A DNA stretch of 64,000 nucleotides. Source: Klebsiella pneumoniae. Its GTDB lineage: Bacteria; Verrucomicrobiota; Verrucomicrobiia; Limisphaerales; SXTU01. The notes beneath the pieces are model-generated. The model had not been told where the DNA came from. It saw only the letters and a list, made by a program, of their open reading frames with translations, and did not search any database. A program made the position numbers and the translations under genes. The DNA lies in contig CALQJI020000015.1 of the NCBI GenBank assembly GCA_943330855.2, positions 5,469 through 69,468 of the forward strand, in the 5' to 3' direction. Below are positions 1 to 9,412 of this stretch, one piece after another; within the stretch, counting starts at the first letter, position 1; each line of letters opens with the position of its first letter.

Positions 1-820
1 TCGTGAGCGCTCGCACGTCCTTGGGCAGGCAGGAGCCGCCGAAGGGGTTGCCGGGCTTCAGGTAGTAGCTGGAGATGTTCAGGCGCGTGTCCTGGCAGAG
101 CAGCGCCATGACGGCGCGCGAGTCCACGGTCAGCGATTTGCCGACGCGGCCAATCTCGTTGGCGAAGGTAATCTTGGCGGCGTGGAAGGCGTTGCAGGTG
201 TATTTCACCATCTCGGCGGTGGGCCAGTTGACCACGGCGGCTTTCTCGCCAAAGAGGTTTTTCATCAAGTCGGCTGGCGGCGCGGAGCCATCGCGCGAGC
301 CGACGACCGCGAGCGAAGGCGTTTCAAAGTCCGCCACCGCCGTGCTCTCGCGGAGGAACTCGGGGTAGTAGAAAACTTGCAGCATCCCGCGCAGGACGAG
401 GTCCGCCAGGAGGGCCTCTACGAGCTTCTCCGTGCTGCCGGGCAGCATGGTGCTGCGGAAGACGAGCGTGTGGTGCTTGGGCGACTTGCGGAGCGCGTCG
501 CCGATTTCGCGGGCGACACCGCGCACGTAGTTGAGGTCCAGTCCGCCCGCCGCGTTCGACGGCGTGCCGACGCAGACGATGGACAGTTCGGTGTCAGCGA
601 TGGCGTCGGGGCAACTCTGCGTGGCGCGGAGCAAGCCCTTGGCCTTCGCGCCCTTCAGCAGTTCGTCCAAGCCTGGCTCGACGATGGGCGGGATGCCGTT
701 GTTGAAGTCCTCGACCTTGGCCGGATGCACGTCCACGCCGACGATGTAATGGCCGTGGCTGGTGAGGCACCCCGCCGTGACCGCTCCCACGTAGCCCAAA
801 CCGAAGATGCTGATTCTCAT
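1..820 (-). CDS. UDP-glucose/GDP-mannose dehydrogenase family protein (AlgD-like); 3' end lies outside the window
   Basis: Manual translation from ATG at 820 gives MRISIFGLGYVGAVTAGCL...GVDVHPAKV...PIVEPGL. The catalytic motif FGGSCLPKD lies near position 20-45. Absent from the ORF track because it runs off the edge. Confidence 0.9.
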   Translation of the reverse strand, partial: MRISIFGLGYVGAVTAGCLTSHGHYIVGVDVHPAKVEDFNNGIPPIVEPGLDELLKGAKAKGLLRATQSCPDAIADTELSIVCVGTPSNAAGGLDLNYVRGVAREIGDALRKSPKHHTLVFRSTMLPGSTEKLVEALLADLVLRGMLQVFYYPEFLRESTAVADFETPSLAVVGSRDGSAPPADLMKNLFGEKAAVVNWPTAEMVKYTCNAFHAAKITFANEIGRVGKSLTVDSRAVMALLCQDTRLNISSYYLKPGNPFGGSCLPKDVRALT

Positions 821-913
821 GCGTCGCGGGAGGCTAGGAAACGGCGAATGAAATGCAAGGCTGCGAGGGCGTCAGCAATTTGAGCAGGTGGCAACTCCGG
901 CGAAATGCACTGT

Positions 914-937
914 CCGCCTGCCTGCTTCGGCGGCTAC
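914..937. repeat. GTAG-REP half element overlapping the stop codon of the DUF1501 gene
   Basis: ccgcctgcctgcttcggcggctac matches the right arm of the family consensus CCGCCTCCTCACCTCGGCGGCTAC. Confidence 0.65.
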
Positions 938-2265
938 AGGAGTTCCTTCATCACTCGGCCGCTGTTGGCGATCATCATCGGGCGTCCCTCGGCGGTGTGC
1001 ATCTCGTCCTGTGGGTCGAGGCCGAGCAGGTGATAGAGCGTCGCGGCCATGTCCTCGGGGCCGTAGGGCGTGTTCGCGGGTTGGGCGGCCCACTTGTCGC
1101 TGGCACCGACGACGCGCCCGCCCTGAATCCCGCCGCCGCCCATGAGCACGGTGAAGCAGGGGCCCCAGTGGTCGCGCCCGGCGTTTTTGTTGATCTTCGG
1201 CGTGCGGCCAAACTCGCCGCTGATGAGCACCAGCGTGTTATCGAGCATGCCCCGGTCGGACAGGTCGCGGAAGAGTGTGGACATCGCGGCGTCGAGCTTC
1301 GGGAGGAGAGCGCCCTTGAGGGTGTTGAAATTGCCGTCGTGCGTGTCCCAGTTTGCGTGGTCAATCGTCACGCAGCGCACGCCGCTCTCGACGAGGCGAC
1401 GCGCGAAGAGGCAGGACTGGCCGAGCGTGTTGCGCCCGTAGTCATCGCGGAGTTTGTCCGGCTCAGAGGCAAGGTCGAAGGCGCGCTTCGCATCGGGAGA
1501 AGTCATCAGGTCGAAGGCGCGCTGGCTGAAGACACTGACGTTGCGGGCACCGGCGTTGGCGGCGGTCTCGGCGGCCTTTTGATACCGATCCACTTGCGCG
1601 AGCAACTCACGGCGGGCTTCGAGGCGGGGCGCGCTGATCAACATCGGCGGCGCGAGGTCGGGGACGGTGAAGTTCGGCGCGCTGGGGTCGTTCTCGATGA
1701 CGAAGGGCACCGCCGCCGCGCCGAGATAGGCCGAGCTGCCGCTGGGGTGCATCCCCGGCAGGCAGACGTAGGGCGGCACGGAGCCGCGCGGCCCGAGCTT
1801 TTGCGCGAGCACGGAGCCGAAGGCGGGATGTTGGTTGTTCGGCTTGAGCCCGGCGTTGAAGCCCGCCGACGGAAAAAAGCCCGTCAGCATATAGTGGTCG
1901 GCAGGACCGTGGTCGGAGGAACGGTGCGCGAAGGAGCGGACTTGTGAGAACTTGTCCATCACGCGGGCGACGCGGGGCAGGTGCTCGCAGACGTGGACGC
2001 CGGGGAGGTTGGTCGGAATGCCTTTGAAGTCGCCGCGCACTTCGACGGGGGCGTCGGGCTTGAGGTCGAACGTGTCAATCGTGCTCAGGCCGCCTTTGAG
2101 GAAGATGTAGATGAGCGACTTGTCCTTCGCGGCGGACGCCGCGCGGGCGGAACCAGAGAGCAAACCCGCGAGCGAAAACTGGGTGCCAAGCACGCCTGCC
2201 GCTCCGATGCGGAGGAAGTCCCGGCGAGCGAATCCGTCGCAGAAGGTGGAAGGAGTGTTGGGCAT
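934..2265 (-). CDS. DUF1501 domain protein (Tat-like N-terminus)
   Basis: RRDFLRIG leader; GGLSTIDTFDLKP, WDTH, GEFGRTP and GRDHW motifs. Start taken at the MPNTPST ATG. Confidence 0.9.
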   Translation of the reverse strand: MPNTPSTFCDGFARRDFLRIGAAGVLGTQFSLAGLLSGSARAASAAKDKSLIYIFLKGGLSTIDTFDLKPDAPVEVRGDFKGIPTNLPGVHVCEHLPRVARVMDKFSQVRSFAHRSSDHGPADHYMLTGFFPSAGFNAGLKPNNQHPAFGSVLAQKLGPRGSVPPYVCLPGMHPSGSSAYLGAAAVPFVIENDPSAPNFTVPDLAPPMLISAPRLEARRELLAQVDRYQKAAETAANAGARNVSVFSQRAFDLMTSPDAKRAFDLASEPDKLRDDYGRNTLGQSCLFARRLVESGVRCVTIDHANWDTHDGNFNTLKGALLPKLDAAMSTLFRDLSDRGMLDNTLVLISGEFGRTPKINKNAGRDHWGPCFTVLMGGGGIQGGRVVGASDKWAAQPANTPYGPEDMAATLYHLLGLDPQDEMHTAEGRPMMIANSGRVMKELL

Positions 2266-2331
2266 GAACGTGTTGAACTGACGGGCACTCCCCGGTGCCA
2301 TTCAACCGGAAACCAGAGCGGCAACCGGCAC

Positions 2332-2420
2332 GCAGCCGCAGAGTTGAGGCGCCGGATTTCTCGGAGAAGGAGATCGTCCTGATTTGTCCGCACCGTCCGC
2401 CTTCCCAGTTCGGCGGCGAC
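2332..2420. repeat. Degenerate GTAG-family REP doublet (intergenic)
   Basis: gcagccgcagagttgaggcgccgg ... ccgccttcccagttcggcggcgac are diverged left and right arms. Confidence 0.6.
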
Positions 2421-2428
2421 GCGGTGCC

Positions 2429-3061
2429 TCAGGGTTTCCGCAATTCCTGCCGTCGAGGCGCGCCGGGCAGTTCCTTGAACTTGATGGTGATGGACAGGTT
2501 GCGAGCCTCGGACCGGCTGCGCGTGTCCTGCACATTGAGCGCGGCGTGAGCCTTGCCCAATTCCCATCCGGTGCTGATGAGCGAGATGCGGTCTCGAGCC
2601 GAGTCATCGAAGTAGAACGTGTGCCCGTCCTCGGCGAGCCGCACGTCGATGGGTTGGCGGTTGGACGCGCGGCCCTGCTGGACGAACTCGATTTCCCTGC
2701 GCTCGCCGCGCACGAGGTCAAAGCGCACCGGCTCATAGGGCTGGTGCTTCCCGTTGATAGCCACATGGCCGCCCTCAATGTTCACGGTGATGACATCGCC
2801 GTAGCGGGCCCGGGCGTAAGCCTCGCGGGTGAGTGCCTTCTGTCGTTCGGCGGCCGCAGCTTCCTTCGCCCGGCGTAGTTCCTCCTCTGCTTCGCGCTGA
2901 ACGCGACGCTGTTCGTTGAGTTGGGTTTGCTGGCGTTGATAATCAGCCTGCTCGGTTGGTGAGAGTGCCATCCACTGCGCTTCGCTCAAGCCCATGGGGA
3001 AAGACTTGCACCCGACGCAAACGAGTCCCGCCAACAACAGAGTAGGAATGAGTTGTTTCAT
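2429..3061 (-). CDS. Hypothetical lipoprotein
   Basis: MKQLIPTLLLAGLVCVGC lipobox-like signal, then a coiled-coil segment and a beta-rich C-terminus. Confidence 0.7.
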   Translation of the reverse strand: MKQLIPTLLLAGLVCVGCKSFPMGLSEAQWMALSPTEQADYQRQQTQLNEQRRVQREAEEELRRAKEAAAAERQKALTREAYARARYGDVITVNIEGGHVAINGKHQPYEPVRFDLVRGERREIEFVQQGRASNRQPIDVRLAEDGHTFYFDDSARDRISLISTGWELGKAHAALNVQDTRSRSEARNLSITIKFKELPGAPRRQELRKP

Positions 3062-3178
3062 AAAGCGCAGCGTAAACACGTTCTTGATTCGTTCGTGGGC
3101 CGATGCTTTCCGGCGTCTCTCCGGCAGCGCCTGCACCCGCTCCAGCGCCGGCTGACAACTTCGCCCCAAGTCCTTGAA

Positions 3179-4105
3179 TTAGCGTCCCAGCAGCTTCCGA
3201 AGTTCCGCCACCGCTCCGTCCGCCGTGATGCCATACCGCGCGAGCAGCGTTGCCTGGGAGCCATACTTATCCGGAAACACATCCGGAATCCCGATGCGCT
3301 TGAAGCGCTTCGGCGTATTGAAATTTGCTTCTGCCAGCGTCTCCGCCACCGCGCTGCCAAGGCCGCCGATGATGGTGTGTTCTTCGATGGAAAGAATCGC
3401 TGGCACGCGGGCCGCCTGTGTGAGCAGTGCCTCGGTGTCGAACGGCTTGACCGTGTGCATATGGAGCACTCCCGCACTGATGCCGCACTGCTCAAGCTGC
3501 GCCGCTGCGGCCAATGCGGGCTGAAGCGTGATGCCCGTCGTGACGATGAGCGCATCCGATCCTTCGCGGACGAGCAGTGCCTTACCAACCTGAAAACCCA
3601 GCTCTGGCCGCGATACGATGGCGTCCCCGCCTTTGCCCAGCCGGATATACATCGGGCCGTCCCAGTCGAGCGTCTGCGGCATGAGACGTTTCATTTCCTC
3701 GGCGTCGCAGGGAGCGACGATGGCCATGCGTGGCAAAGTGCGGAAGAGGGCGATGTCCTCGATGGCCTCATGCGTCGGGCCGAGCGGCGCATACACCACC
3801 CCGCCGCCGCTGCCGATGAGGCGGACGTTGGTGTGATGCAGGCTAAGGTCGAGGCATACCTGTTCGTAGCAGCGGCGCGTGAGAAAGGTGGCGATGGTGT
3901 TGATGTAGACAACCTTGCCCTCCAGAGCTAGCCCCGCAGCCATCGTGACGAGGTGAGCCTCGCTCACGCCTTCCATGAAGAACCGCTCCGGCATCTCGGC
4001 CTTGAATTGCTTCAGGGTGCCGATACCGAGGTCGGAGCCGATGAAGACCACGCGCTGGTCGCGCTTGGCCAACTCATACACCGCGTCGAGACTCGTCTTG
4101 CGCAT
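3179..4105 (-). CDS. Transketolase-like protein, C-terminal (pyrimidine-binding) subunit
   Basis: GVSEAHLVTMAAGLA, GPTHEAIEDIA, YIRLGK and EEHTIIGGLGS motifs. Confidence 0.92.
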   Translation of the reverse strand: MRKTSLDAVYELAKRDQRVVFIGSDLGIGTLKQFKAEMPERFFMEGVSEAHLVTMAAGLALEGKVVYINTIATFLTRRCYEQVCLDLSLHHTNVRLIGSGGGVVYAPLGPTHEAIEDIALFRTLPRMAIVAPCDAEEMKRLMPQTLDWDGPMYIRLGKGGDAIVSRPELGFQVGKALLVREGSDALIVTTGITLQPALAAAAQLEQCGISAGVLHMHTVKPFDTEALLTQAARVPAILSIEEHTIIGGLGSAVAETLAEANFNTPKRFKRIGIPDVFPDKYGSQATLLARYGITADGAVAELRKLLGR

Positions 4106-4962
4106 TAGCGGTCGCCCTCCAGCGCGGTGAGCAGGGACTTAACCTCGTCCTCAGTCACCTTGTTCTTGTGATGCCAGTTCAAATTGTTCTCCACGAACGG
4201 CACGCCCTTGCCCTTGATCGTGTGGCAGATGATGGCGGTGGGCTTGTCTGCGTGGAAGGGGGCGCGAGCCAGCGCCGCGCGCAGAGCCGCTACATCGTGG
4301 CCGTCCACTTCTTCGACGGCCCAGCCGAACGCACGCCACTTGTCGGCGAAGGGGTCGAGATCGAGCACTTCGTAAGTGGTGCTGTAGCTCTGCTGCTTGT
4401 TGTAGTCCACGAGCACCGTGAGGTTCGACAAGCGATGCTTCGCGGCGCTCAACGCCGCCTCCCAAACCGAGCCTTCGTTGGATTCGCCATCGCTGCAAAT
4501 GGCGAAGACCCGATGCGCCGTCTTGTCGATTCGCGCGTTCAATGCGAAGCCGACGGCGAAGGACAATCCGTGGCCCAGGCTGCCCGTGCTGGCCTCGATG
4601 CCGGGGATTTTTCCGAACTCGGGATGCCCACCGAGCATCCCGTCTGGCTTGCAAAACCGCCACAGTTCGGCTTCGGGAAAGAAGCCCTTCTCCGCGAGGA
4701 GCACGTAAAGCGCGAGGCAGCCGTGGCCCTTGCTGAGAACAAAACGGTCGCGTTCCGGCCAGCGAGGGTTCGTCGCGTCGTAGCGCAGCACGTCGTCGTA
4801 GAGCACGCGCAGCATCTCAACGAGGCAGAACGCGGAGCCGACGTGGCCGCGCCCGCCGCGCTCGATGGTTCGCACGATTTGGCGGCGCAGCGCGAGGGAG
4901 CGCTCATCCAGCTTCACGGTGTTGACCGGCGGCGGTTTAGGTGAGGAAAGGGTTGCAGTCAT
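4105..4962 (-). CDS. Transketolase-like protein, N-terminal (ThDP-binding) subunit
   Basis: GHVGS, DRFVLSKGH, STGSLGHGL, SDGESNEGSVWEA and TIKGKG motifs; abuts the C-terminal subunit gene. Confidence 0.92.
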   Translation of the reverse strand: MTATLSSPKPPPVNTVKLDERSLALRRQIVRTIERGGRGHVGSAFCLVEMLRVLYDDVLRYDATNPRWPERDRFVLSKGHGCLALYVLLAEKGFFPEAELWRFCKPDGMLGGHPEFGKIPGIEASTGSLGHGLSFAVGFALNARIDKTAHRVFAICSDGESNEGSVWEAALSAAKHRLSNLTVLVDYNKQQSYSTTYEVLDLDPFADKWRAFGWAVEEVDGHDVAALRAALARAPFHADKPTAIICHTIKGKGVPFVENNLNWHHKNKVTEDEVKSLLTALEGDR

Positions 4963-5992
4963 ACTGCTGTTGGATGCGGCGCAGCATCGCGCGGGATTTG
5001 GTGAGCTGTCGGCGTTGCGCCAGGTCGCGGTCGTTAGCGGCGCGGGCGAACTGCCGGCGCTGGAGGTCGGACGGAAGGAATTCGTTCAGCAGAATCAGGC
5101 ACCACTTGAGGCCGAATAGTGGGAACACGGCCTCGACGCGGCGTCGAAGGCTGGGCTGATCTGAGAAGCGGGAAAAGATTCCCGTGGCGAAGCGGCGCTT
5201 GAGCGCGGCGGTCGCGGGCTTCGCCGGATGCAGCAGGAAATCCACGATCATCTTCGCGGGATCGTCCCAGCCGAAATACTCGAAGTCGAGCCAAACGATC
5301 CCGCCTTCCCGCTGCCGCACTGCGTTATGGAAGCCAAAGTCCGATGGGCTGAGAGTGCGATCTGCGTGCGACAGTTCACGAGTGAATCCGCCGCGCGGCA
5401 GCTTCGCTCGGCTCCATTTCAACAGGAGTGCCAACGCCGGATCAAACTCGTCGCGGAGAAACGTCTGGAGTGCGGCGAGTTGTTTCGTGCTGCCCTCCGC
5501 CGCCGAGAGTCGCTCGCGCCGACGGAGCAGCACGTCCACCATCGCCGCGACGGAGAAGCAGGCTTCCGAGGCCGGGCCGATTTTCCGACAATCGGGCTGT
5601 TCCGTAAGACCGCGAAGGCGCGCGAGGAAATCAACGAGGGCGTCAATGTCCGCCGCCCGAATTTGCCCCGGTTCTCCGCCGGGGATGAATTCATAGAGTG
5701 CGACGCCCGTGCCGCGATGCGCTGCGAGCGGTTGTGGCACGTCACGAAAGCCGTGTTTCCACATCAGTCGGAGCGCGTCGAACTCGACGCCGATTCGGTC
5801 GCGCGGGTCGTTGGGATGGCGGAAGCAGACCTTCACCGCCACGTCTCGTCCGCCGTCCAACTGCGCCCGGAACACGCGGCTGTTGCGCCCGCCCGCGAGG
5901 GGTTCGAGCGTTATCACCCGCGCTCGCGACAGGCGCTCCACGGTGTCGAGCAGGTCGGCGGATGCCGATTCAGTTGGCGCGGGCAAAGACAT
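4937..5992 (-). CDS. Aminoglycoside phosphotransferase (APH)-family kinase
   Basis: GGRNSRVF, LSPSDFGFHN and LDFEYFGWDDP motifs. Confidence 0.8.
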   Translation of the reverse strand: MSLPAPTESASADLLDTVERLSRARVITLEPLAGGRNSRVFRAQLDGGRDVAVKVCFRHPNDPRDRIGVEFDALRLMWKHGFRDVPQPLAAHRGTGVALYEFIPGGEPGQIRAADIDALVDFLARLRGLTEQPDCRKIGPASEACFSVAAMVDVLLRRRERLSAAEGSTKQLAALQTFLRDEFDPALALLLKWSRAKLPRGGFTRELSHADRTLSPSDFGFHNAVRQREGGIVWLDFEYFGWDDPAKMIVDFLLHPAKPATAALKRRFATGIFSRFSDQPSLRRRVEAVFPLFGLKWCLILLNEFLPSDLQRRQFARAANDRDLAQRRQLTKSRAMLRRIQQQYDCNPFLT

Positions 5993-6584
5993 GATTTTCA
6001 ATCTGCGCCCAGCTCGTGAGGACCTTCAGACCTGCGGGCGCGGCGGACTGGCGTTGTGGGGCAAACAGGATTCTTTCCGCGCCGGCTGGAAACTCTGGCT
6101 CACGAAAAACCTCCTCCAAGTCATCAATAAAGATCGTGCAGCCGAGCGCGCGGATGTGGCCGATCTTCTCCAGTCGGGTGGCGCCGAAATGAACGTGGTC
6201 GCGGGGCAGGGCAGGGGAGGTGGAGTCGAAATACCCCGCGTCCTCCAGCCAGCCGATGGCGGCCTCATGCAAGTCGTGTGGCGGACCGAGCACTGGCTGG
6301 CGGGTTTTGTGGCTGACGATATGGACCGCAAGCCCAGCGCGGTGGCAGCGGGCGAAGAAGGCCTTAACGCCGGGGAAGCCCACAGCCTCGCGGATGCGCG
6401 GGCCGTAGACGAGACCCTGTAGCTCGGTCCATTTCTCCTCGCCACCGAGAAGACGTAGGTGGTCGCGCACGGCGGTTTTTTCCATCGGCACTGAGCTGGG
6501 AATTAGCCCGCGTTCGACAGCGATGCGGTGGAACAAGGCATCGTAGCTGACAATGGTGTTGTCGAAGTCAACGCCGATGACCAT
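5970..6584 (-). CDS. HAD-superfamily hydrolase/phosphatase
   Basis: IGVDFDNTI (motif I), IVSHK and FIDD motifs. Confidence 0.8.
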   Translation of the reverse strand: MVIGVDFDNTIVSYDALFHRIAVERGLIPSSVPMEKTAVRDHLRLLGGEEKWTELQGLVYGPRIREAVGFPGVKAFFARCHRAGLAVHIVSHKTRQPVLGPPHDLHEAAIGWLEDAGYFDSTSPALPRDHVHFGATRLEKIGHIRALGCTIFIDDLEEVFREPEFPAGAERILFAPQRQSAAPAGLKVLTSWAQIENHVFARAN

Positions 6585-6602
6585 GGGATTTTTCCGACCG
6601 CG

Positions 6603-7622
6603 TCACGACACCTTCAGTTCCTGCATCCGCTTGATGTTCGAGTAGAGCGTGTGCTTGAACGGCTCGGGAATCTTCCCGGCGCGATAAGCGTTCACGATGC
6701 TCTGGATGGCGTCTTCGATGCCGTATTGCACCTCGAAACCGAGCACCCGCTTCACCTTGTCGGAGTTGACGTGGTAGCTGCGGTTGTCGTCGCTGGGCGT
6801 GTATTCCAGCTCGATGGTCTGGTCGCCAATCGTGTCGCGCACGAGGAAGGCAATCTTCTCAATGGCGAGGTTTTGGAAGCCGATGTTGAAAGCCTCGCGA
6901 TCCACCTTCGCGGCGGGCGCGGCGAGGAAGGTCAGGTAGGCGCGGACCATGTCCTTGATGTTCAGGTTCGGACGGAGCTGCTTGCCGCCGAAGATGCGAA
7001 TCTTGTGATTCACCAGCGCGTGGATGGTGAGGATGTTGACCGAGAGGTCCAGGCGCAGGCGCGGCGCGTAGCCGCACACAGTCGCGGGGCGAATGATGAC
7101 GCGGTCCATGCCGCCCACGTCGGTGCGGGCGAGCAGGTCACGCTCGCAGTCGAGCTTGAAGCGCGAGTAGTCGGTGAGCGGAAGTGGCTCGGCGTCCTCG
7201 CGCACGTCGGGGGTTTCCTTCACGCCGTAGATGCTGGAGGAACTTGCGTAGATGAAGCGCTTCACACCGGCCCCAATCGCGCCGTTCATCAGCCCGGCGA
7301 AGCAGTCGTAGTTGATGGATTTGCCGAGATTCGGGTTCAGCTCGAAGCTCGGGTCGTTGGAAATGCAGGCGAGGTGAATGACGGCGTCCACGCCCTTCAT
7401 GGCTTCGCCGACGCGGTTGGAATCGCGCAAGTCCACCTCCAGTAATTCCAGCTCCGGGCGCTGGGCGTAGTCGCCGAAGACCTGCTTGCCATACCAAAAG
7501 GTGTCGAGCACGCGGACGCGATAGCCGGCGTCGAGCAGCGCCGGCACGAGCGCGCTGCCGACGTAGCCGCCGCCGCCGGTGACGAGGATGGTTTTGTAGC
7601 CGTTGGGATTGGAGTGACTCAT
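6603..7622 (-). CDS. NAD-dependent epimerase/dehydratase (extended SDR)
   Basis: TGGGGYVGS, HLACISND, YASSSSIYG and YxxxK (YSRFK) motifs. Confidence 0.9.
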   Translation of the reverse strand: MSHSNPNGYKTILVTGGGGYVGSALVPALLDAGYRVRVLDTFWYGKQVFGDYAQRPELELLEVDLRDSNRVGEAMKGVDAVIHLACISNDPSFELNPNLGKSINYDCFAGLMNGAIGAGVKRFIYASSSSIYGVKETPDVREDAEPLPLTDYSRFKLDCERDLLARTDVGGMDRVIIRPATVCGYAPRLRLDLSVNILTIHALVNHKIRIFGGKQLRPNLNIKDMVRAYLTFLAAPAAKVDREAFNIGFQNLAIEKIAFLVRDTIGDQTIELEYTPSDDNRSYHVNSDKVKRVLGFEVQYGIEDAIQSIVNAYRAGKIPEPFKHTLYSNIKRMQELKVS

Positions 7623-7655
7623 GGGAATGCTCAGTCTGCGAAAGCGTTTCGTCGC

Positions 7656-9185
7656 CTACTTCATCAGCGACGTGAAGTGGCGGAAGAGGCTGGTCGGATC
7701 AATGAAGCTCCGATGGCCCATGATCATGCACGCCTCTGCGCCGACGACGTTGGCGATGAAGCCGAGCGTCTCCGCCGGGATGCCCAGCGCGGCGCAGGGC
7801 GCGGTCACGGCGAACACGGCGTCACCTGCGCCCACGCGGTCCACGACACGGATGGCGAAGGCGGGCACTTCGGCGATGACTTGATTGCTGTCGCAGCAGT
7901 AACAGCCGGCGCCACCGCGCGTGACGAGGAAATATTGGCTACCCACGCGGGCCGCTGCCGCGCGCGTGATGCCCGCGATGTCCTCGGTCATCTTGCGCGC
8001 GTCGAGTCGCACCTCGGGCTCGCCGAGCGAGACGAAGTCGGCGCGGGGATACTTGGAGATGAGGTTGAAGCCTCGGTTGCCCGCGTTCACCTGCACGTTC
8101 ACGGCGAGGAATTTCGCGCGCGCACAGATGAGATGCACCGCGCGCTCGGTCAGTAATCCGTGCCCGTAGTCGGCGACGACCACCACGTCGTATTGGGGCA
8201 GCAGTTCGTCGAGCTTTGTGAGGAACTGCTCCTCCAATTCGGGCGTGAGGCGCTCGTTCCGCATCTCATAGACCTCGAAGAGCTTGGCCGACAGGTGCTC
8301 CTCGAGGAACCGCCGCTTCACAATCGTAGGCGCGTCGGGCAGGCGGAGGTAGTGGGGGCGGACGTTGCTGTTGAGCTTCGACTGGATGAAGTCTTCGTGA
8401 GAATTCACCGTGCCCAATGCGCTCAAAAGACCGACCTCATCGCAGAAGTTCGAGACGTGGTTGGCGATGGCCAGCACGCCGCCGGCGTAACGCTCGGTGC
8501 GGTTGTGCAGAGCGGCAAGGACCGGCTCCTTGCTGGATTTGCCCAGCACGCTGCAGAATTGATACTCGTCAACAATCGTCTCGCCGATGACGAGGACCTT
8601 TTTCTTCCGAATCGCCTGCAAGTGCCCGATGACTTCCTCCGGTGGATGCTCCACGCGGAAGCGTTCGAGGAAGTCCTTCGTCTTCGGCGTGAAGACATCC
8701 ATGAAGCGGTTGATGAGCGTGGACGCGCTGAAGGTCTCCTCGTCGGTCAGGTGCAGCTTGCCGCCCCCGGCCACCACGGCTGCCTCCTCGTCGGAAATCG
8801 CGGTGGTGTGGTCGCGCTTGCCCTCCTCGCGGACCATGCCTTTCACGTAGAGCGAAGGACGGACAATCTTGATGGTCTCCACCGCAGTGGGCCACTCGGT
8901 GACGGCCACGAAGTCCACGCACGCCAGCGACGCCAGCGCCTCGGCGCGCAGCTTCTCCGGGAACGCCGGTCGGTGCGGCCCCTTGTTCACGAACCGGTCA
9001 GGCGTGGTCGTGACCACGAGCACGTCGCCGAGTTGCTTGGCGGCTTCGAGGTGCTTGATGTGCCCGATGTGCAGCAGGTCGAAGACCCCGTGGCAGTGAA
9101 TGATGATCCTCCCGGCGACGCGGTGGGCTTCCAGCGCGGGGCCGAGGTCGTGAACGCGGAAAATCTTCTTAGCCGTGGCTTCCAT
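7656..9185 (-). CDS. Bifunctional nucleotidyltransferase (N-terminal) / PfkB sugar kinase (C-terminal); HldE-related with reversed domain order
   Basis: HGVFDLLHIGH (HxGH) at the N-terminus; DYGHG and DRVGAGD PfkB signature at the C-terminus. Confidence 0.88.
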   Translation of the reverse strand: MEATAKKIFRVHDLGPALEAHRVAGRIIIHCHGVFDLLHIGHIKHLEAAKQLGDVLVVTTTPDRFVNKGPHRPAFPEKLRAEALASLACVDFVAVTEWPTAVETIKIVRPSLYVKGMVREEGKRDHTTAISDEEAAVVAGGGKLHLTDEETFSASTLINRFMDVFTPKTKDFLERFRVEHPPEEVIGHLQAIRKKKVLVIGETIVDEYQFCSVLGKSSKEPVLAALHNRTERYAGGVLAIANHVSNFCDEVGLLSALGTVNSHEDFIQSKLNSNVRPHYLRLPDAPTIVKRRFLEEHLSAKLFEVYEMRNERLTPELEEQFLTKLDELLPQYDVVVVADYGHGLLTERAVHLICARAKFLAVNVQVNAGNRGFNLISKYPRADFVSLGEPEVRLDARKMTEDIAGITRAAAARVGSQYFLVTRGGAGCYCCDSNQVIAEVPAFAIRVVDRVGAGDAVFAVTAPCAALGIPAETLGFIANVVGAEACMIMGHRSFIDPTSLFRHFTSLMK

Positions 9186-9412
9186 GACAATTAGCGGTGC
9201 AGACGATGAACAACGGGCATGGCGAATGCAATTCTTCTCAAGCTTGAGCCGGCGGATTCACCCAGCATGGGCGATCGAATGACGCCAGCGGGAGTATTCC
9301 AAACTGAAAGGGCGGAGCTCCTCCCCCCCTCTCCGCCTCCATGCCGCTGCTTTCAGCCAGTCACGGTCAATGCCAACAGGTTCGAAACAGGTGCCTGAGC
9401 TGGACGCGGACT

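Noticed and set aside
4937-5992. Aminoglycoside resistance gene
   Set aside because: APH-fold kinase embedded in a sugar-nucleotide operon; a biosynthetic role fits better.
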